A DNA stretch of 64,000 nucleotides from an uncultured bacterium (GCA_963701085.1 OY969561.1:640001-704000), one strand, 5' to 3'. Shown: positions 10,482-20,905, counted from the first letter of the stretch. The notes: generated by a model from the letters alone, not told the origin. Numbers and translations are program-made.

Positions 10482-11695
10482 CGGTCCAGCAATTCCTTAA
10501 CCGCCGCAATAATAAAATCAACTTCTTCAAGGGTATTATAAAAATAAAAACTCACCCGCACGGAAGCATCATAGCCAAGTTTCTTGGCAAACGGCTGTGC
10601 GCAGTGGTGCCCCGCGCGAACAGAAATGCCACGAGAATCTAAAAATGCTGCCACGTCATGGCTGTGATAACCATCAACCAAGAAACTCACTACATGCCCT
10701 TTTTCTTTGAGTTCTGATAGGGGACCTAAAACCCTGATGCCCTTTATGGGCAAAAGTCCATCAATCAACCGTGCACACAATTGCGCTTCATACACAACAA
10801 GATCATCAAAATTAACCTGTGCCTGCAGATAATCAATTGCTGCACCTAAACCAATTGCTTGTGCTATCGGTGGTGTACCAGCTTCAAATTTTTGCGGAGC
10901 GGGCGCCCATGTAGCATGAGTACAATCAACATCTTCCACCATGCCGCCACCAACCTCATAGGGAGACACCGCATCATGCAACTCTTTTTTAATATAGAGC
11001 ACACCAATTCCGGTCGGCCCCAATAATTTGTGCCCTGAAAAAACTAAAAAATCGCACTCCATTTCATGGACATTAATTTTTTGATGTGGCGCAGACTGAG
11101 CAGCATCAATAAGCACTCGCGCACCAACAGCATGTGCACGTACAATAATTGTGGCAACATCAACATGTGTACCAATCGCGTTAGAAACATGAATAACAGA
11201 AACCATCTTTGTTTTGTTGGTAATAATGGAATCAAGATGAGAAAGATCAACTGTTCCATCAGGAAAAATGGGGATAAATTTGAGCACTGCACCCTTTTTT
11301 TGCGCAAGGCGTTGCCATGGTAATAAATTTGAATGGTGCTCAAGTTCTGTCATGACAATTTCATCACCAGCTTTAATAGTATCTTCGCCCCACGTTGTTG
11401 CTACAAAATTAATACCTGATGTGCAGCCACGTGTAAAAACAATTTCTTCAGGGAATGCACCAATAAAGTGAGCTACTTTTTTCCGTGCATTTTCATATTC
11501 TGCCGTTGCCTGTTCTGCAAAAAGATGAATGCCGCGGTAAATATTAGCATTTGTTGTTGTGTAAAATTGCACAACAGCATCAATGACTGATTGAGGCTTG
11601 TGCGATGTGGAAGCATTATCACATGCAATCAAAGGGTACCCATTAACTTTTTGTTTTAAAATGGGAAAATCTGCGCGTAATTTTTTAAAATTCAT
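10478..11695 (-). CDS. sufS: cysteine desulfurase SufS
   Basis: DNASTSHKP, EHHSNLLPW, FSGHKLLGPTGIG (PLP Lys) and RAGHHCAQP. Confidence 0.96.
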   Translation of the reverse strand: MNFKKLRADFPILKQKVNGYPLIACDNASTSHKPQSVIDAVVQFYTTTNANIYRGIHLFAEQATAEYENARKKVAHFIGAFPEEIVFTRGCTSGINFVATTWGEDTIKAGDEIVMTELEHHSNLLPWQRLAQKKGAVLKFIPIFPDGTVDLSHLDSIITNKTKMVSVIHVSNAIGTHVDVATIIVRAHAVGARVLIDAAQSAPHQKINVHEMECDFLVFSGHKLLGPTGIGVLYIKKELHDAVSPYEVGGGMVEDVDCTHATWAPAPQKFEAGTPPIAQAIGLGAAIDYLQAQVNFDDLVVYEAQLCARLIDGLLPIKGIRVLGPLSELKEKGHVVSFLVDGYHSHDVAAFLDSRGISVRAGHHCAQPFAKKLGYDASVRVSFYFYNTLEEVDFIIAAVKELLDR

Positions 11696-12354
11696 AATAA
11701 ACTCCTCATTTTTTCATTCAACCCTTCATTCACAAATAAATCGGCAAAGAAAGCATTCAACAAAAGTTGCTGCGCTGTTTTCTCATCAATACCTCGTGAC
11801 GCTGCATAAAACAACTGTTCATCATCAAATCTGCCAGTCGCACTACCATGAAAACAATGTACATCATGCGTCAGCACTTCCAAACTCGGCACCGATACCG
11901 CGCGAGCATTGTTACTCAACAACATATTCTTATTTTCCTGTGAGGCATAAGCCCCATGAGCATCTTTCTCTACACGAATGGTTCCATGATACTGCGCATG
12001 GGCACTGTCACGCAACACTCCTTTCATAACCAACGTGCTGCGCGTATGGGCAACAACATGATGCTGCGTAGTCACAATCTGCACTTTATGTGCTGCATCA
12101 AGAACATATGCACCCATAATACGAGCCTCAGCTCCCTCACCACGCAATACACAATCAATAGTTACATTAACAGCAGTATTGGCAATAAGGATATCCGCAA
12201 CAAGAACAGCATTGCGCTCCAGATAAAAACAAATATGCATATCATACAAAGCACTTGTTTTATCAATCAAAAAACGGTAACTTTTGTGCTGATTTTCACC
12301 AACAATATATTCATGCACTATGCTATCCAATTGAATCTTCCATTTCCATCGCAA
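11692..12354 (-). CDS. sufD: SufD (short form, beta-helix and C-terminal part only)
   Basis: PSLEV..HDVHCFHGSATG.FDDEQLFY..SRGI; located between sufB and sufS. Confidence 0.88.
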   Translation of the reverse strand: MRWKWKIQLDSIVHEYIVGENQHKSYRFLIDKTSALYDMHICFYLERNAVLVADILIANTAVNVTIDCVLRGEGAEARIMGAYVLDAAHKVQIVTTQHHVVAHTRSTLVMKGVLRDSAHAQYHGTIRVEKDAHGAYASQENKNMLLSNNARAVSVPSLEVLTHDVHCFHGSATGRFDDEQLFYAASRGIDEKTAQQLLLNAFFADLFVNEGLNEKMRSLL

Positions 12355-13690
12355 TGAGGCGATTAATTTCTACCGCATATTCCATCGGCAACAGCTGCAC
12401 AAATGCATCAATAAATCCATTCACAATTAGTGCGCGTGCTGATTGCTCACTCAAACCACGCGATTGCAAATAAAACAGTTGCGCATCACTTACTTTACTG
12501 ACCGATGCTTCATGCCCAATATCAACATGATCTTCACGAATATCAATTGTTGGATACGTATCAGTGCGGGATATATCATCAAAAATAAGCGCATCACATT
12601 GTACTTTTGATTGCACATGATGAGCGCCTTTAATAACTTTAAGTAGTCCGCGATAACTTGATCGCCCACCATCTTTACTTATTGATTTAGCAATAATGTT
12701 TGATGTGGTGTGCGGCGCACAATGAATAATTTTGCCACCAGAATCTTGATGCTGATCTTTGCCAGCCACCGCAAGTGAAATAATTGATCCTTTTGCGCCC
12801 TGCTCGGCAAGCACAATACACGGATACTTCATGGTCACTTTACTGCCAAAATTACCATCAACCCATTCAACGCGCGCATCTTTATAAGCAATTGCCCGCT
12901 TGGTCACCAAGTTATACACATTATTCGACCAATTTTGAATGGTGGTATACCTGATATGCGCACCAGGCAATGCAACAAGCTCAACAACAGCACTGTGCAA
13001 GGAATTTTTTTTATAAATAGGCGCACTACAGCCTTCAACATATTCTACAAAACTACCCGGCTCAGCAATAATGAGCGTCCGCTCAAACTGACCCATTTGT
13101 GATGAATCAATACGAAAATATGCCTGTAACGGCATATCAATACGCACGCCTGCTGGAACATAAACAAAACTTCCCCCACTCCACACGGCAGAATTAAGGG
13201 CTGCAAACTTATTATCATGCGCAGGGATAACAGTGGAAAAATATTTTTTAACAATATCTGCATGATCGCGCAATGCGGTACTCATATCAGTAAAAATAAC
13301 ACCCTGCTCTGACCACCGCTTTTTTAAATTTTTATAAATAACTTCTGAATCAAACTGCGCACCAACACCGGCCAAAAACTTCTGCTCTGCCTGCGGAATG
13401 CCCAATTTTTCAAACGTTTTTTTTATTTTGTCCGGAACGTCTGCCCATTCAGTATGCTGATCTTCAATCGGCTTGACGTAATAATAGATATCTTCAGGAT
13501 CAAGATCAGTTAAATCTGCACCCCACGATGGCATCGGTTTACTTTCAAAAATTTCAAGAGCTTTTAGACGAAATTCAAGCATCCACTGCGGTTCATTCTT
13601 GCGCGCAGAAAGCTCAGTAACAATTTTTCTATTTAAGCCTTTTGCGGCCCTAAAAACATGCTTAGGGATTGATGCTTTTAAACCCATCAT
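12323..13690 (-). CDS. sufB: Fe-S cluster assembly protein SufB
   Basis: GQFERTLII, YVEGCSAP, LHSAVVE, YTTIQNW and HEASVSK...LFYLQSRG. Confidence 0.97.
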   Translation of the reverse strand: MMGLKASIPKHVFRAAKGLNRKIVTELSARKNEPQWMLEFRLKALEIFESKPMPSWGADLTDLDPEDIYYYVKPIEDQHTEWADVPDKIKKTFEKLGIPQAEQKFLAGVGAQFDSEVIYKNLKKRWSEQGVIFTDMSTALRDHADIVKKYFSTVIPAHDNKFAALNSAVWSGGSFVYVPAGVRIDMPLQAYFRIDSSQMGQFERTLIIAEPGSFVEYVEGCSAPIYKKNSLHSAVVELVALPGAHIRYTTIQNWSNNVYNLVTKRAIAYKDARVEWVDGNFGSKVTMKYPCIVLAEQGAKGSIISLAVAGKDQHQDSGGKIIHCAPHTTSNIIAKSISKDGGRSSYRGLLKVIKGAHHVQSKVQCDALIFDDISRTDTYPTIDIREDHVDIGHEASVSKVSDAQLFYLQSRGLSEQSARALIVNGFIDAFVQLLPMEYAVEINRLIAMEMEDSIG

Positions 13691-14420
13691 ACCCCTTTTC
13701 TTCTAAATCCCGCGCAACATTGGCATCACCAGAACTAACTATGCGTCCATCACATAAAACATGCACATAATCGGGAATAATATAATTTAAAATTCTTTGG
13801 TAATGCGTAATCAATACAATGCTCATGTCAGGATTTTCTTTACGTGCAAGCTCAATGCCTGCCGCAACAACTTTAAGAGAATCAATATCAAGACCAGAAT
13901 CAATTTCATCTAAGATCGCCACTTTTGGCTGCAATACCAATAATTGCAACAATTCGAGACGCTTTTTTTCACCACCAGAAAAACCTTCATTGAGGCCTCT
14001 GGCAATAAAAGATGGATCAATTGATAACTGCTCACAGCGAGCAATAAGAAGTTTCTGAAAATCAGCAACTGCAATGTGTTTTCCTGTAATTCCTATATAA
14101 GCTTCTTTCAAAAAAGATACAACAGAAACCCCGGGAATCTCGCATGGATGCTGAAAAGATAAAAATAAGCCATTTTTTGCACGATCATGCACGGGCATAG
14201 TGGTTATATCAACACCATTCAAAAACACCGCTCCTGCAGTGATCTGATATTGTGGATGCCCCATCAACGCATACGCTAAACTACTTTTACCTGATCCATT
14301 CGGCCCCATAATGGCATGAATAGCTTGTGCACTAATATTCAAACTAATATCATAAAGTACTGGTTTATCTATGACTGAGACAGAAATGTTGTTGATTTGC
14401 AAAAATTCATTGTTTTTCAT
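13662..14420 (-). CDS. sufC: Fe-S assembly ATPase SufC
   Basis: Walker A GPNGSGKS, NEGFSGGEKKR, LDEIDSGLDID and ITHYQRIL. Confidence 0.96.
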   Translation of the reverse strand: MKNNEFLQINNISVSVIDKPVLYDISLNISAQAIHAIMGPNGSGKSSLAYALMGHPQYQITAGAVFLNGVDITTMPVHDRAKNGLFLSFQHPCEIPGVSVVSFLKEAYIGITGKHIAVADFQKLLIARCEQLSIDPSFIARGLNEGFSGGEKKRLELLQLLVLQPKVAILDEIDSGLDIDSLKVVAAGIELARKENPDMSIVLITHYQRILNYIIPDYVHVLCDGRIVSSGDANVARDLEEKGYDGFKSINP

Positions 14421-14479
14421 ACCATAAGTATACTAAAAACTGATGTATATTAAAAGGTACGTCCTACAAGGAGACCATC

Positions 14480-15277
14480 ATGATGATATTCACAAAAAAA
14501 TTTCTGCCCTTATACGCTTTATCTTTTCTCGCATACTCTGCAACAAATGCCATGGAACAGCCAAAAGAATATCCACAGATACAATTAAAAGATCACGAAG
14601 ATATAGCAGTCATCACGTACTATGCGATGATTACTGAAGGCGGAATAGAATGGGCTCCAACATTAACTTCCCCTATAAAATACACTACCCACTCAGTTCA
14701 CACTCAACTCAATTTACCCACAACCATTAAAGATCCGGTGATGACATTTAAAATAGTAGAAAACTTAAACAGCGATCCCTTAATCATTAAATTTAAAAAA
14801 GCCATACCATTAAAACATACATTCAATCTTAATGATGGCTCTTTACTTACTACCGTTAAAAAAACCGGAGCGCAATTGTATCCCAATAATCCGCTACTGA
14901 AAAACAAACAATTTTTAGTTAAAATAGTATGCGCCAAAAACCCAAAGCTTGAAAAGAATAGCTTTGCGCAACAAAAATACATTGCTAAAGAAAGCTTTTA
15001 CAAAGAACCAAGCACTTGGGTAGATGAAAAAGATAGCATACAAGAACTGATTGATGCTGAAATAATAAAAAAAAACAGAACAGAACAAACAAATTTCCGA
15101 ACCATTAATGGAGTCTGGGAACAAGGTAGAAAGTATGATGTGTTCGAACATGGCCCCAAAGGCATTGCAAATGACAAAGCTCTCAAGCAATCAATCATTG
15201 AGGAAAAAATTTCCCAAAATACATCTTGCTTTAAAGCACTCAGACAAAGAGAATTGACCGGATCTTTCAAAAAATAG
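14480..15277 (+). CDS. exported hypothetical protein, tandem paralog 1 of 3
   Basis: AGGAG RBS; signal ending TNA|ME; C-terminal HGPKG...IIEEKIS...ALRQRELTGSFKK. Confidence 0.8.
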   Translation: MMIFTKKFLPLYALSFLAYSATNAMEQPKEYPQIQLKDHEDIAVITYYAMITEGGIEWAPTLTSPIKYTTHSVHTQLNLPTTIKDPVMTFKIVENLNSDPLIIKFKKAIPLKHTFNLNDGSLLTTVKKTGAQLYPNNPLLKNKQFLVKIVCAKNPKLEKNSFAQQKYIAKESFYKEPSTWVDEKDSIQELIDAEIIKKNRTEQTNFRTINGVWEQGRKYDVFEHGPKGIANDKALKQSIIEEKISQNTSCFKALRQRELTGSFKK

Positions 15278-15436
15278 CTATGCAATAATTCGTGCTCAAC
15301 AGAGCTCAAAAGATAACCCCTTCTATATAATTCTTATAGTATAAAACAGTGGCTTTTTGACTTATACTAAAACCATTGTTATCATTAACAAATAAATACA
15401 ATTATGATCTTATTATATTTTTTAGGGGACTCTTTT

Positions 15437-16234
15437 ATGACTATATTCAAAAAAATAGCGATCCATGCGATCATCTTACCATTTTTTATGGCAAACCTTA
15501 CAACTAACGCCATGCAAATGGTTCCTTGCCCTACCATCCAAACAAAAGTATATTTTCATCCAACAAAGGCTGCTTTTTATGCAACAGATGAAAACATCAA
15601 ATATCTTAATAAAAAAGGCATTGCCACTCCTACAAATCCGATACTCAGAGAAGTGTTAAAAGCTGAAGTTACTGAAGCTGATGGTACCATCACTGACTGG
15701 AAACAAAATCCTACAAAAGCTATAAAAAATTACGAAGAAGCCCAAATAAAACAACAAAATCTCTCTTTTAATCAAGCGCTTCCAAAAAATCTAGCTCTAC
15801 AAAACAAAACATTTCCACGCTTTCTTCCTCTTGAATCAAGTTTTAACTGCACAAATGGCTCCAAGATCAACCGTACCATTGAAGATTTTCCTACTCAAAT
15901 AACATTTGAGAGCACAAACAATTTCTCTAAAGAACAAGATCAATGCTCTCTACAATTCTTCAAAAACCCCGATGTGGCTTCATGTCAACACGATCTGCAT
16001 AAACATGTGGATACTGGCCTGCTAACCAAAAAAATAACTCCGGTAAATCTCATCTTTACCAATCCCTTCACAGGTCAAGAAGACATTGTTGTCGCAGAAA
16101 AAATTAAATATTCGCATGGAAAAAATGGTATTCAAAACAATACAAAGTGTATAATCCGTATGATTGAAGAACAAACATTCGCTCACCCAAATGTGCACAA
16201 TGGTCTCTTCAAACGACAAATCGATGGTAAATAA
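15437..16234 (+). CDS. exported hypothetical protein, tandem paralog 2 of 3
   Basis: Signal ending TNA|MQ; C-terminal FFKNP...SHGKNG...MIEEQT...LFKRQIDGK. Confidence 0.8.
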   Translation: MTIFKKIAIHAIILPFFMANLTTNAMQMVPCPTIQTKVYFHPTKAAFYATDENIKYLNKKGIATPTNPILREVLKAEVTEADGTITDWKQNPTKAIKNYEEAQIKQQNLSFNQALPKNLALQNKTFPRFLPLESSFNCTNGSKINRTIEDFPTQITFESTNNFSKEQDQCSLQFFKNPDVASCQHDLHKHVDTGLLTKKITPVNLIFTNPFTGQEDIVVAEKIKYSHGKNGIQNNTKCIIRMIEEQTFAHPNVHNGLFKRQIDGK

Positions 16235-16264
16235 AATCAATGGTAAATAAAAAAAGGATTTTTT

Positions 16265-17032
16265 ATGACTATATTCACAAGAAACGCTCTGTATAGTTTT
16301 ATTCTATTCTTTTTAGTAGCTAACCTTACAACCATTGCCATGGAACAACCAGAGCCTCAATTACAAAATCCAAGAGAAAAGGATGGAGTAGTCCATTTTG
16401 ATTGCACAATAAGAATTACTGAAAAAACATCATGTCCCATACTCTACGCCATACAAAAATATCATAATAATAACTGTAACCTACCTTCAAAGCCTCATGA
16501 CCCCCTCGTCTTTTGCGACGTCATAGAACCACAAATAAACCAGATATGCTTTCTACCAATTCCCGCAAAGCTGCTACACGACCTCTCCGACAATTCTAAA
16601 CTACAACTATATCTAAAATGGGGGACTATCCATTTTAACAATAAATCATTGAAGAACAAACCGTTATTCATCACTGCAACACTCACAAAAAACCCCTATC
16701 TTGAAGGCAGCAGTTCTGCCGAACAATTGAACAATGCATTAGGTAATTTTTTTACAAATCCATCAGTTGTAGACCCCGACAAAACAGAAGAACTTGAAAA
16801 AGCTGGCATAGTAAACGCAAAAACAAAACTTGTACCCACTATGCGCTCTACAGACCACGGGCCAATTTACTTAGCTAAAAAACAAAAAACTTTTTCCCAT
16901 GGACCCAATGGCTGCTCCAACAAAAATGTTTTTATACAATCAGTTATTAATGAAAAAATATCTACAAATAAGAATAGAGTTTTGGCGCTGCGAGATCGAG
17001 AAATGAACGGTCGTTTTAAAAAAAGCTACTAG
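16265..17032 (+). CDS. exported hypothetical protein, tandem paralog 3 of 3
   Basis: Signal ending TIA|ME; C-terminal FFTNPS...SHGPNG...VINEKIS...ALRDREMNGRFKK. Confidence 0.8.
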   Translation: MTIFTRNALYSFILFFLVANLTTIAMEQPEPQLQNPREKDGVVHFDCTIRITEKTSCPILYAIQKYHNNNCNLPSKPHDPLVFCDVIEPQINQICFLPIPAKLLHDLSDNSKLQLYLKWGTIHFNNKSLKNKPLFITATLTKNPYLEGSSSAEQLNNALGNFFTNPSVVDPDKTEELEKAGIVNAKTKLVPTMRSTDHGPIYLAKKQKTFSHGPNGCSNKNVFIQSVINEKISTNKNRVLALRDREMNGRFKKSY

Positions 17033-18210
17033 ATTATAATGCGTGCATATTCATCAAGAGAGATAATCCCCTCTTTAACTTTATGCGCACCATCACTTGC
17101 CAACGTCTTCATGCCATCAGCAACTGCTTGATTATAAATCTCATCAAACTGCGGATTCTGGATAATTAATGATCTCAGCTCAGGTGAAATTTCAAGCAAC
17201 TCAAATATGCCTACGCGACCTTTATAGCCAAGTTGATCACAAGAATCACACCCCTGCGCCTCATAAACTTTATCACCACTGATGCCACAAGATTTTAAAA
17301 GACGTTTTTCTTGCGGTGTTGCTGTACGTATTTGACGACAATCACCACATAATTTGCGTACTAATCGCTGCGCGAGAATACCAGAAAGCGCCGCGTTAAT
17401 TAAAAATGGCTCAATTCCCATATCCATCAACCGCATAATAGCACTTGGCGCATCCGTTGTATGCAACGTACTCAGCACAAGATGCCCGGTCAATGCAGCT
17501 TCAATGGCAATACGTGCCGTAATTTTATCTCTAATTTCACCAACCATAATAATATCAGGATCTTGACGCACGAGTGATCGCATCCCTTTTTCAAAGGTAA
17601 AACCAACGGGAAGATTAATTTGCGCCTGCGTTATACCATCTAATGAATACTCAACAGGGTCCTCAAGCGTAACAATATTTTTTTCTGGACTATGCAAAAA
17701 AGAAAGCGCTGCATAAAGCGTTGTTGTTTTTCCTGATCCGGTTGGACCTGTTACCAAAAAAAAGCCACTCTGCCGTTGCATTAATCGTTTAAATGCTTCC
17801 AACATAGTGGGCTCAACACCAAGACTATCAAGATTAATTGTTTGTAGGGCGCGATCCAAGATACGGACCACCATTTTTTCCCCATACAAAGAGGGAAATG
17901 TAGAAACACGGACATCAACTTCATTACCCGCATGCATAACGTGGAACTTACCATCCTGGGGAAGCCGACGCTCTGCGCTATCCATGTGGCCTAAAATTTT
18001 TAAGCGCGCAATAATTGAAGCACTCAAGGAAACTGGAAATGATTGTTGATCAACCAAAACACCGTCAATACGGAAGCGAACGCGTAACGCATCGCACGTT
18101 GGCTCTAAATGAATATCTGACGCTCGACGTTCAATTGCATCATTAAGCAACGCATCAACACGCGACACAACCGATTGCTCATCAATCACCTCATGTACTT
18201 TATTACTCAA
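17029..18210 (-). CDS. PilB/GspE-family type IV pilus or type II secretion assembly ATPase (core only)
   Basis: ASDIHLEP, RLPQDG, Walker A GPTGSGKTTT, LEDPVEY, RQDPDIIMVGEIRD, TGHLVLSTLHT and two CxxC pairs. Start assigned to TTG at 18210 after GAGGAGG. Confidence 0.92.
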   Translation of the reverse strand: MSNKVHEVIDEQSVVSRVDALLNDAIERRASDIHLEPTCDALRVRFRIDGVLVDQQSFPVSLSASIIARLKILGHMDSAERRLPQDGKFHVMHAGNEVDVRVSTFPSLYGEKMVVRILDRALQTINLDSLGVEPTMLEAFKRLMQRQSGFFLVTGPTGSGKTTTLYAALSFLHSPEKNIVTLEDPVEYSLDGITQAQINLPVGFTFEKGMRSLVRQDPDIIMVGEIRDKITARIAIEAALTGHLVLSTLHTTDAPSAIMRLMDMGIEPFLINAALSGILAQRLVRKLCGDCRQIRTATPQEKRLLKSCGISGDKVYEAQGCDSCDQLGYKGRVGIFELLEISPELRSLIIQNPQFDEIYNQAVADGMKTLASDGAHKVKEGIISLDEYARIII

Positions 18211-18775
18211 AAGAGTCCTCCTCGTCTTCAGGTTGGTACAGGAGCTCTTCTCCTTGCTCATCCTCAAGGTGCTCAAATTCACTCCTCAACAAATGTTCTT
18301 CACGAATATCTTCATTTGGATCATCTTCAGTATCAGCTTTATCGTAAAACTCTTTTACTGCATCACAAATATCACGGCCAATACCAACATGAAAACGGAT
18401 ATCATAGGATACATTTTCACCAATTTCAAACAAAAGATCGGGATTATCGGGCTTTGCCGCAATCACAATCATCATATTTTCATCAACCTGCAACGGAACA
18501 ATCTCATTGTTTAACAACATGCTTTTAGGAAACATGCGCAAAAGATGCGTTTCAAAAAAATAACCAACCACATCAAATGACGGCACTTGATAATATTCAG
18601 ATAACGCTTCAAGAAGGGATTCTTGATCCAAAATACCTTCACTGAGCAAAAAATCCTCAATTTGATCAATATCAGATTCATGATATGCGGCAAGCAACTT
18701 TACCGCATCTTCTGCTGTGATCAATTTTAAATCAACCAAAACACGTAAAAATTTAACTTCAAAAGTATCATTCAT
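18203..18775 (-). CDS. stand-alone PilB/GspE N-terminal (MshEN-like/T2SSE_N) domain protein with an acidic tail
   Basis: Two degenerate repeats (FLRVLVDLKLIT, IEDFLLSEGILD..SLLEALS) followed by VPSFDV...FP......IVPL...VIAA.P. Confidence 0.75.
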   Translation of the reverse strand: MNDTFEVKFLRVLVDLKLITAEDAVKLLAAYHESDIDQIEDFLLSEGILDQESLLEALSEYYQVPSFDVVGYFFETHLLRMFPKSMLLNNEIVPLQVDENMMIVIAAKPDNPDLLFEIGENVSYDIRFHVGIGRDICDAVKEFYDKADTEDDPNEDIREEHLLRSEFEHLEDEQGEELLYQPEDEEDSFE

Positions 18776-18793
18776 GCCTACCGCCCTTCTTTT

Positions 18794-19198
18794 TTAGCCA
18801 ACTTTAAGTCCAATTAAAAAACCAACCACAAGGCTTGCACTGCCTGCAACATTAGCCTTCATCCATTCAAACAACATCATGCCGTATTTACTATCCCCTG
18901 CTACAGCCGCATCTTGCAGCCCAAGCATATTATGCACCTTTGGCATATTAATGGAAACGGACATATAATCAAATTGTTGTAGTACAACGATACCAACGAT
19001 AAAAAGGGCCATTGCGATAAAATATTCACTATATTTTTTCAGCAAAAACCCTGTAATAAAGCCTATCGCCCCATAAAGACCAATGTCAACCAGCATGTTT
19101 TTATCCATACCAAGCTTATTGGCAATCACTTCTGGCTGCATTGCATTCTTCAACGATTCAATAACACCCGCGTTTGTAACTTGTCCTTCATTAACCAT
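18794..19198 (-). CDS. FUN14-family membrane protein
   Basis: G..GAIGFITGFLLKK.....A....G...LQ...Y.SV and C-terminal GFLIGLK. Confidence 0.75.
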   Translation of the reverse strand: MVNEGQVTNAGVIESLKNAMQPEVIANKLGMDKNMLVDIGLYGAIGFITGFLLKKYSEYFIAMALFIVGIVVLQQFDYMSVSINMPKVHNMLGLQDAAVAGDSKYGMMLFEWMKANVAGSASLVVGFLIGLKVG

Positions 19199-19289
19199 GA
19201 AAACCTCCCTTTTTTTACTTTTTCCTCTACTTCTGGTTTAAGTATATCGAAATAATAACGGCAGAATCAAGAAAAAAAGGTTAAATAAC

Positions 19290-19317
19290 AAAAAAGAAGC
19301 GTCCGGAGACGCTTCTT
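19290..19317 (-). terminator. intrinsic terminator after the HU gene
   Basis: Hairpin AGAAGCGTC-CGGA-GACGCTTCT with an A6 run (U-tract on the minus strand). Confidence 0.8.
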
Positions 19318-19344
19318 CTTAGAATTCTACCTGTAAACTTAAGC

Positions 19345-19617
19345 TTATTTGATCATAGCTTTAAGTGCTTTACCTGGTTTGAACTTTGGAACCTTCTTCG
19401 CAGCAATGGTCATTTTTGCGCGCGTTACTGGGTTAATCCCAATACGGCTTTTTCTTTTCATTACTGAGAAAGTGCCAAAACCTGTGAGAACTACTGATTT
19501 GCCTTGCTTTAACGCACCGCTCACCGTAGAAAGAAAAGCCTCAAGCATTTCTTTACAAACTGCTTTTGACTGTTTAGTTGTTTTAGCCATTGATTCGATT
19601 AACTTTGCCTTGTTCAT
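19345..19617 (-). CDS. hup: DNA-binding protein HU
   Basis: MNKAKLI...V.LTGFGTFSV..RKSR.GINP.T...TIAAKKVPKFKPGKALK. Confidence 0.95.
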   Translation of the reverse strand: MNKAKLIESMAKTTKQSKAVCKEMLEAFLSTVSGALKQGKSVVLTGFGTFSVMKRKSRIGINPVTRAKMTIAAKKVPKFKPGKALKAMIK

Positions 19618-19787
19618 AATAAACATCCTTTACTTATTGACCTACGGCAAAGCAAACAAAAATAAAAACGATTACCTAATCTGTATGCTAGCCATAGGAA
19701 TATATGTTGTCAAGTATTTTCTGCTGATCTTTTTCTACTTCATTTTTTTATTACAGGTCATGAATAGTAGCTTGTTAGTAAATGTAC

Positions 19788-19973
19788 TGCCCTACTGCGC
19801 TAAAACTTCGAAGGGCATTCTTCGCTCTTTTGCTAACAATTTTTATTTTTTGGCAACCCCATCCTTTAAAAAGATGGCTCTACTTCGCTTTAACAAGCTA
19901 CGAAGAGCAAGCCTGCCAGACGACTGTGTCCTCCGAAGCTTTATGCGAAGGAGGAAGCCTTGGCGTAGTCTGG
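19788..19973. repeat. cluster of four 'module C' palindromes directly downstream of tRNA-Leu, one nested inside another
   Basis: Copies at 19788-19817, 19877-19908 and 19916-19973 (outer), the last containing 19927-19955 (inner). Shared core CGAAG(CT)(CT)T..GCG.AG with complementary flanks. Confidence 0.75.
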
Positions 19974-20058
19974 TGCCGAGAGCCGGACTCGAACCGGCAC
20001 GAGCGTTAAGCTCGAGGGATTTTAAGTCCCTTGCGTCTACCTATTCCGCCATCCCGGC
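19971..20058 (-). tRNA. tRNA-Leu (anticodon TAA)
   Basis: GCCGGGATGGCGGAATAGGTAGACGCAAGGGACTTAAAATCCCT...GGTTCGAGTCC...CCA; long variable arm and encoded CCA. Confidence 0.97.
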
Positions 20059-20070
20059 ACACCAATTTTT

Positions 20071-20106
20071 AACCCCATTCTTCATTTCATTCCGCATGGG
20101 GACCCC
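20071..20106. repeat. 'module B' palindromic element in the tRNA spacer
   Basis: AACCCCATTCTTCATTTCATTCCGCATGGGGACCCC closely matches 30476-30509. Confidence 0.7.
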
Positions 20107-20125
20107 ACTAAAGAGGATAGAACTT

Positions 20126-20199
<74 letters not shown>

Positions 20200-20613
20200 A
20201 CACATAATTCAAATTATCTACCTTTAAAAAGTAAACATTCTCAATGTAGCAGAAAATAGCTATTCTGCAAGCTTTTTACCACCAATCAATGCTTCTGGCT
20301 GAATAAACAACAAAAAAATTCCCCGGCATCTCTTTTTTTATAGTTTTTTTCCATCGACCAAACTAAAGTCTTAATATTATAGATGAGAATGCTCAAACCA
20401 AGTGTTGGACCAAAATAATGTTAAAACGTGACATCTATTATCTCCTATGATAAATTCAATATGAAATCATACTTACCGAAAGTTATTATTTCATAAAATT
20501 GTAATACTGCCAAGTTGAATTCTTTGGATGAACAAAAGACAAAAAAAAGGGGGAAGTTGCGTTCTGCAAGCTGTTTTTAAAAAATCTAACCGCTATAGCC
20601 TTGAGGATGAATA

Positions 20614-20871
20614 ATGCAAAAACTTTATCTTACAAAATGCGTACTGATCGGATTATCAACCACTTTAATCTTTGTATCCGGAATGGATGGCAAGAGAGCC
20701 GCGGTAAAACAAGAAAAAGAAATCAATCGTTTTATCAACACAATTGCCAAAAACAACTACGCGCAAGCAGAAGCTATGCAACAGAAAAACAACATACAGT
20801 GGTACGTCTCAGTAACATCTGAACAGAATACAAAAAAGGCTCGACGTAAATTTTCAAGTAAAAACGCGTAA
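20614..20871 (+). CDS. small exported hypothetical protein
   Basis: GAGGA upstream; signal-like N-terminus ending VSG|MD; basic helical remainder. Confidence 0.55.
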   Translation: MQKLYLTKCVLIGLSTTLIFVSGMDGKRAAVKQEKEINRFINTIAKNNYAQAEAMQQKNNIQWYVSVTSEQNTKKARRKFSSKNA

Positions 20872-20905
20872 CTCACTATAGTTGCTCGCTTCATGTATTC
20901 ATCCA

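Noticed and set aside
11692-12354. sufD as a truncated pseudogene
   Set aside because: The start overlaps the sufB end, the C-terminal motifs are intact, and there is no room for a lost 5' part. It is more likely a naturally short form.
19788-19973. Prophage or island attachment site at the tRNA-Leu 3' end
   Set aside because: No duplicated tRNA 3' fragment or integrase is present in the window; only short palindromes.
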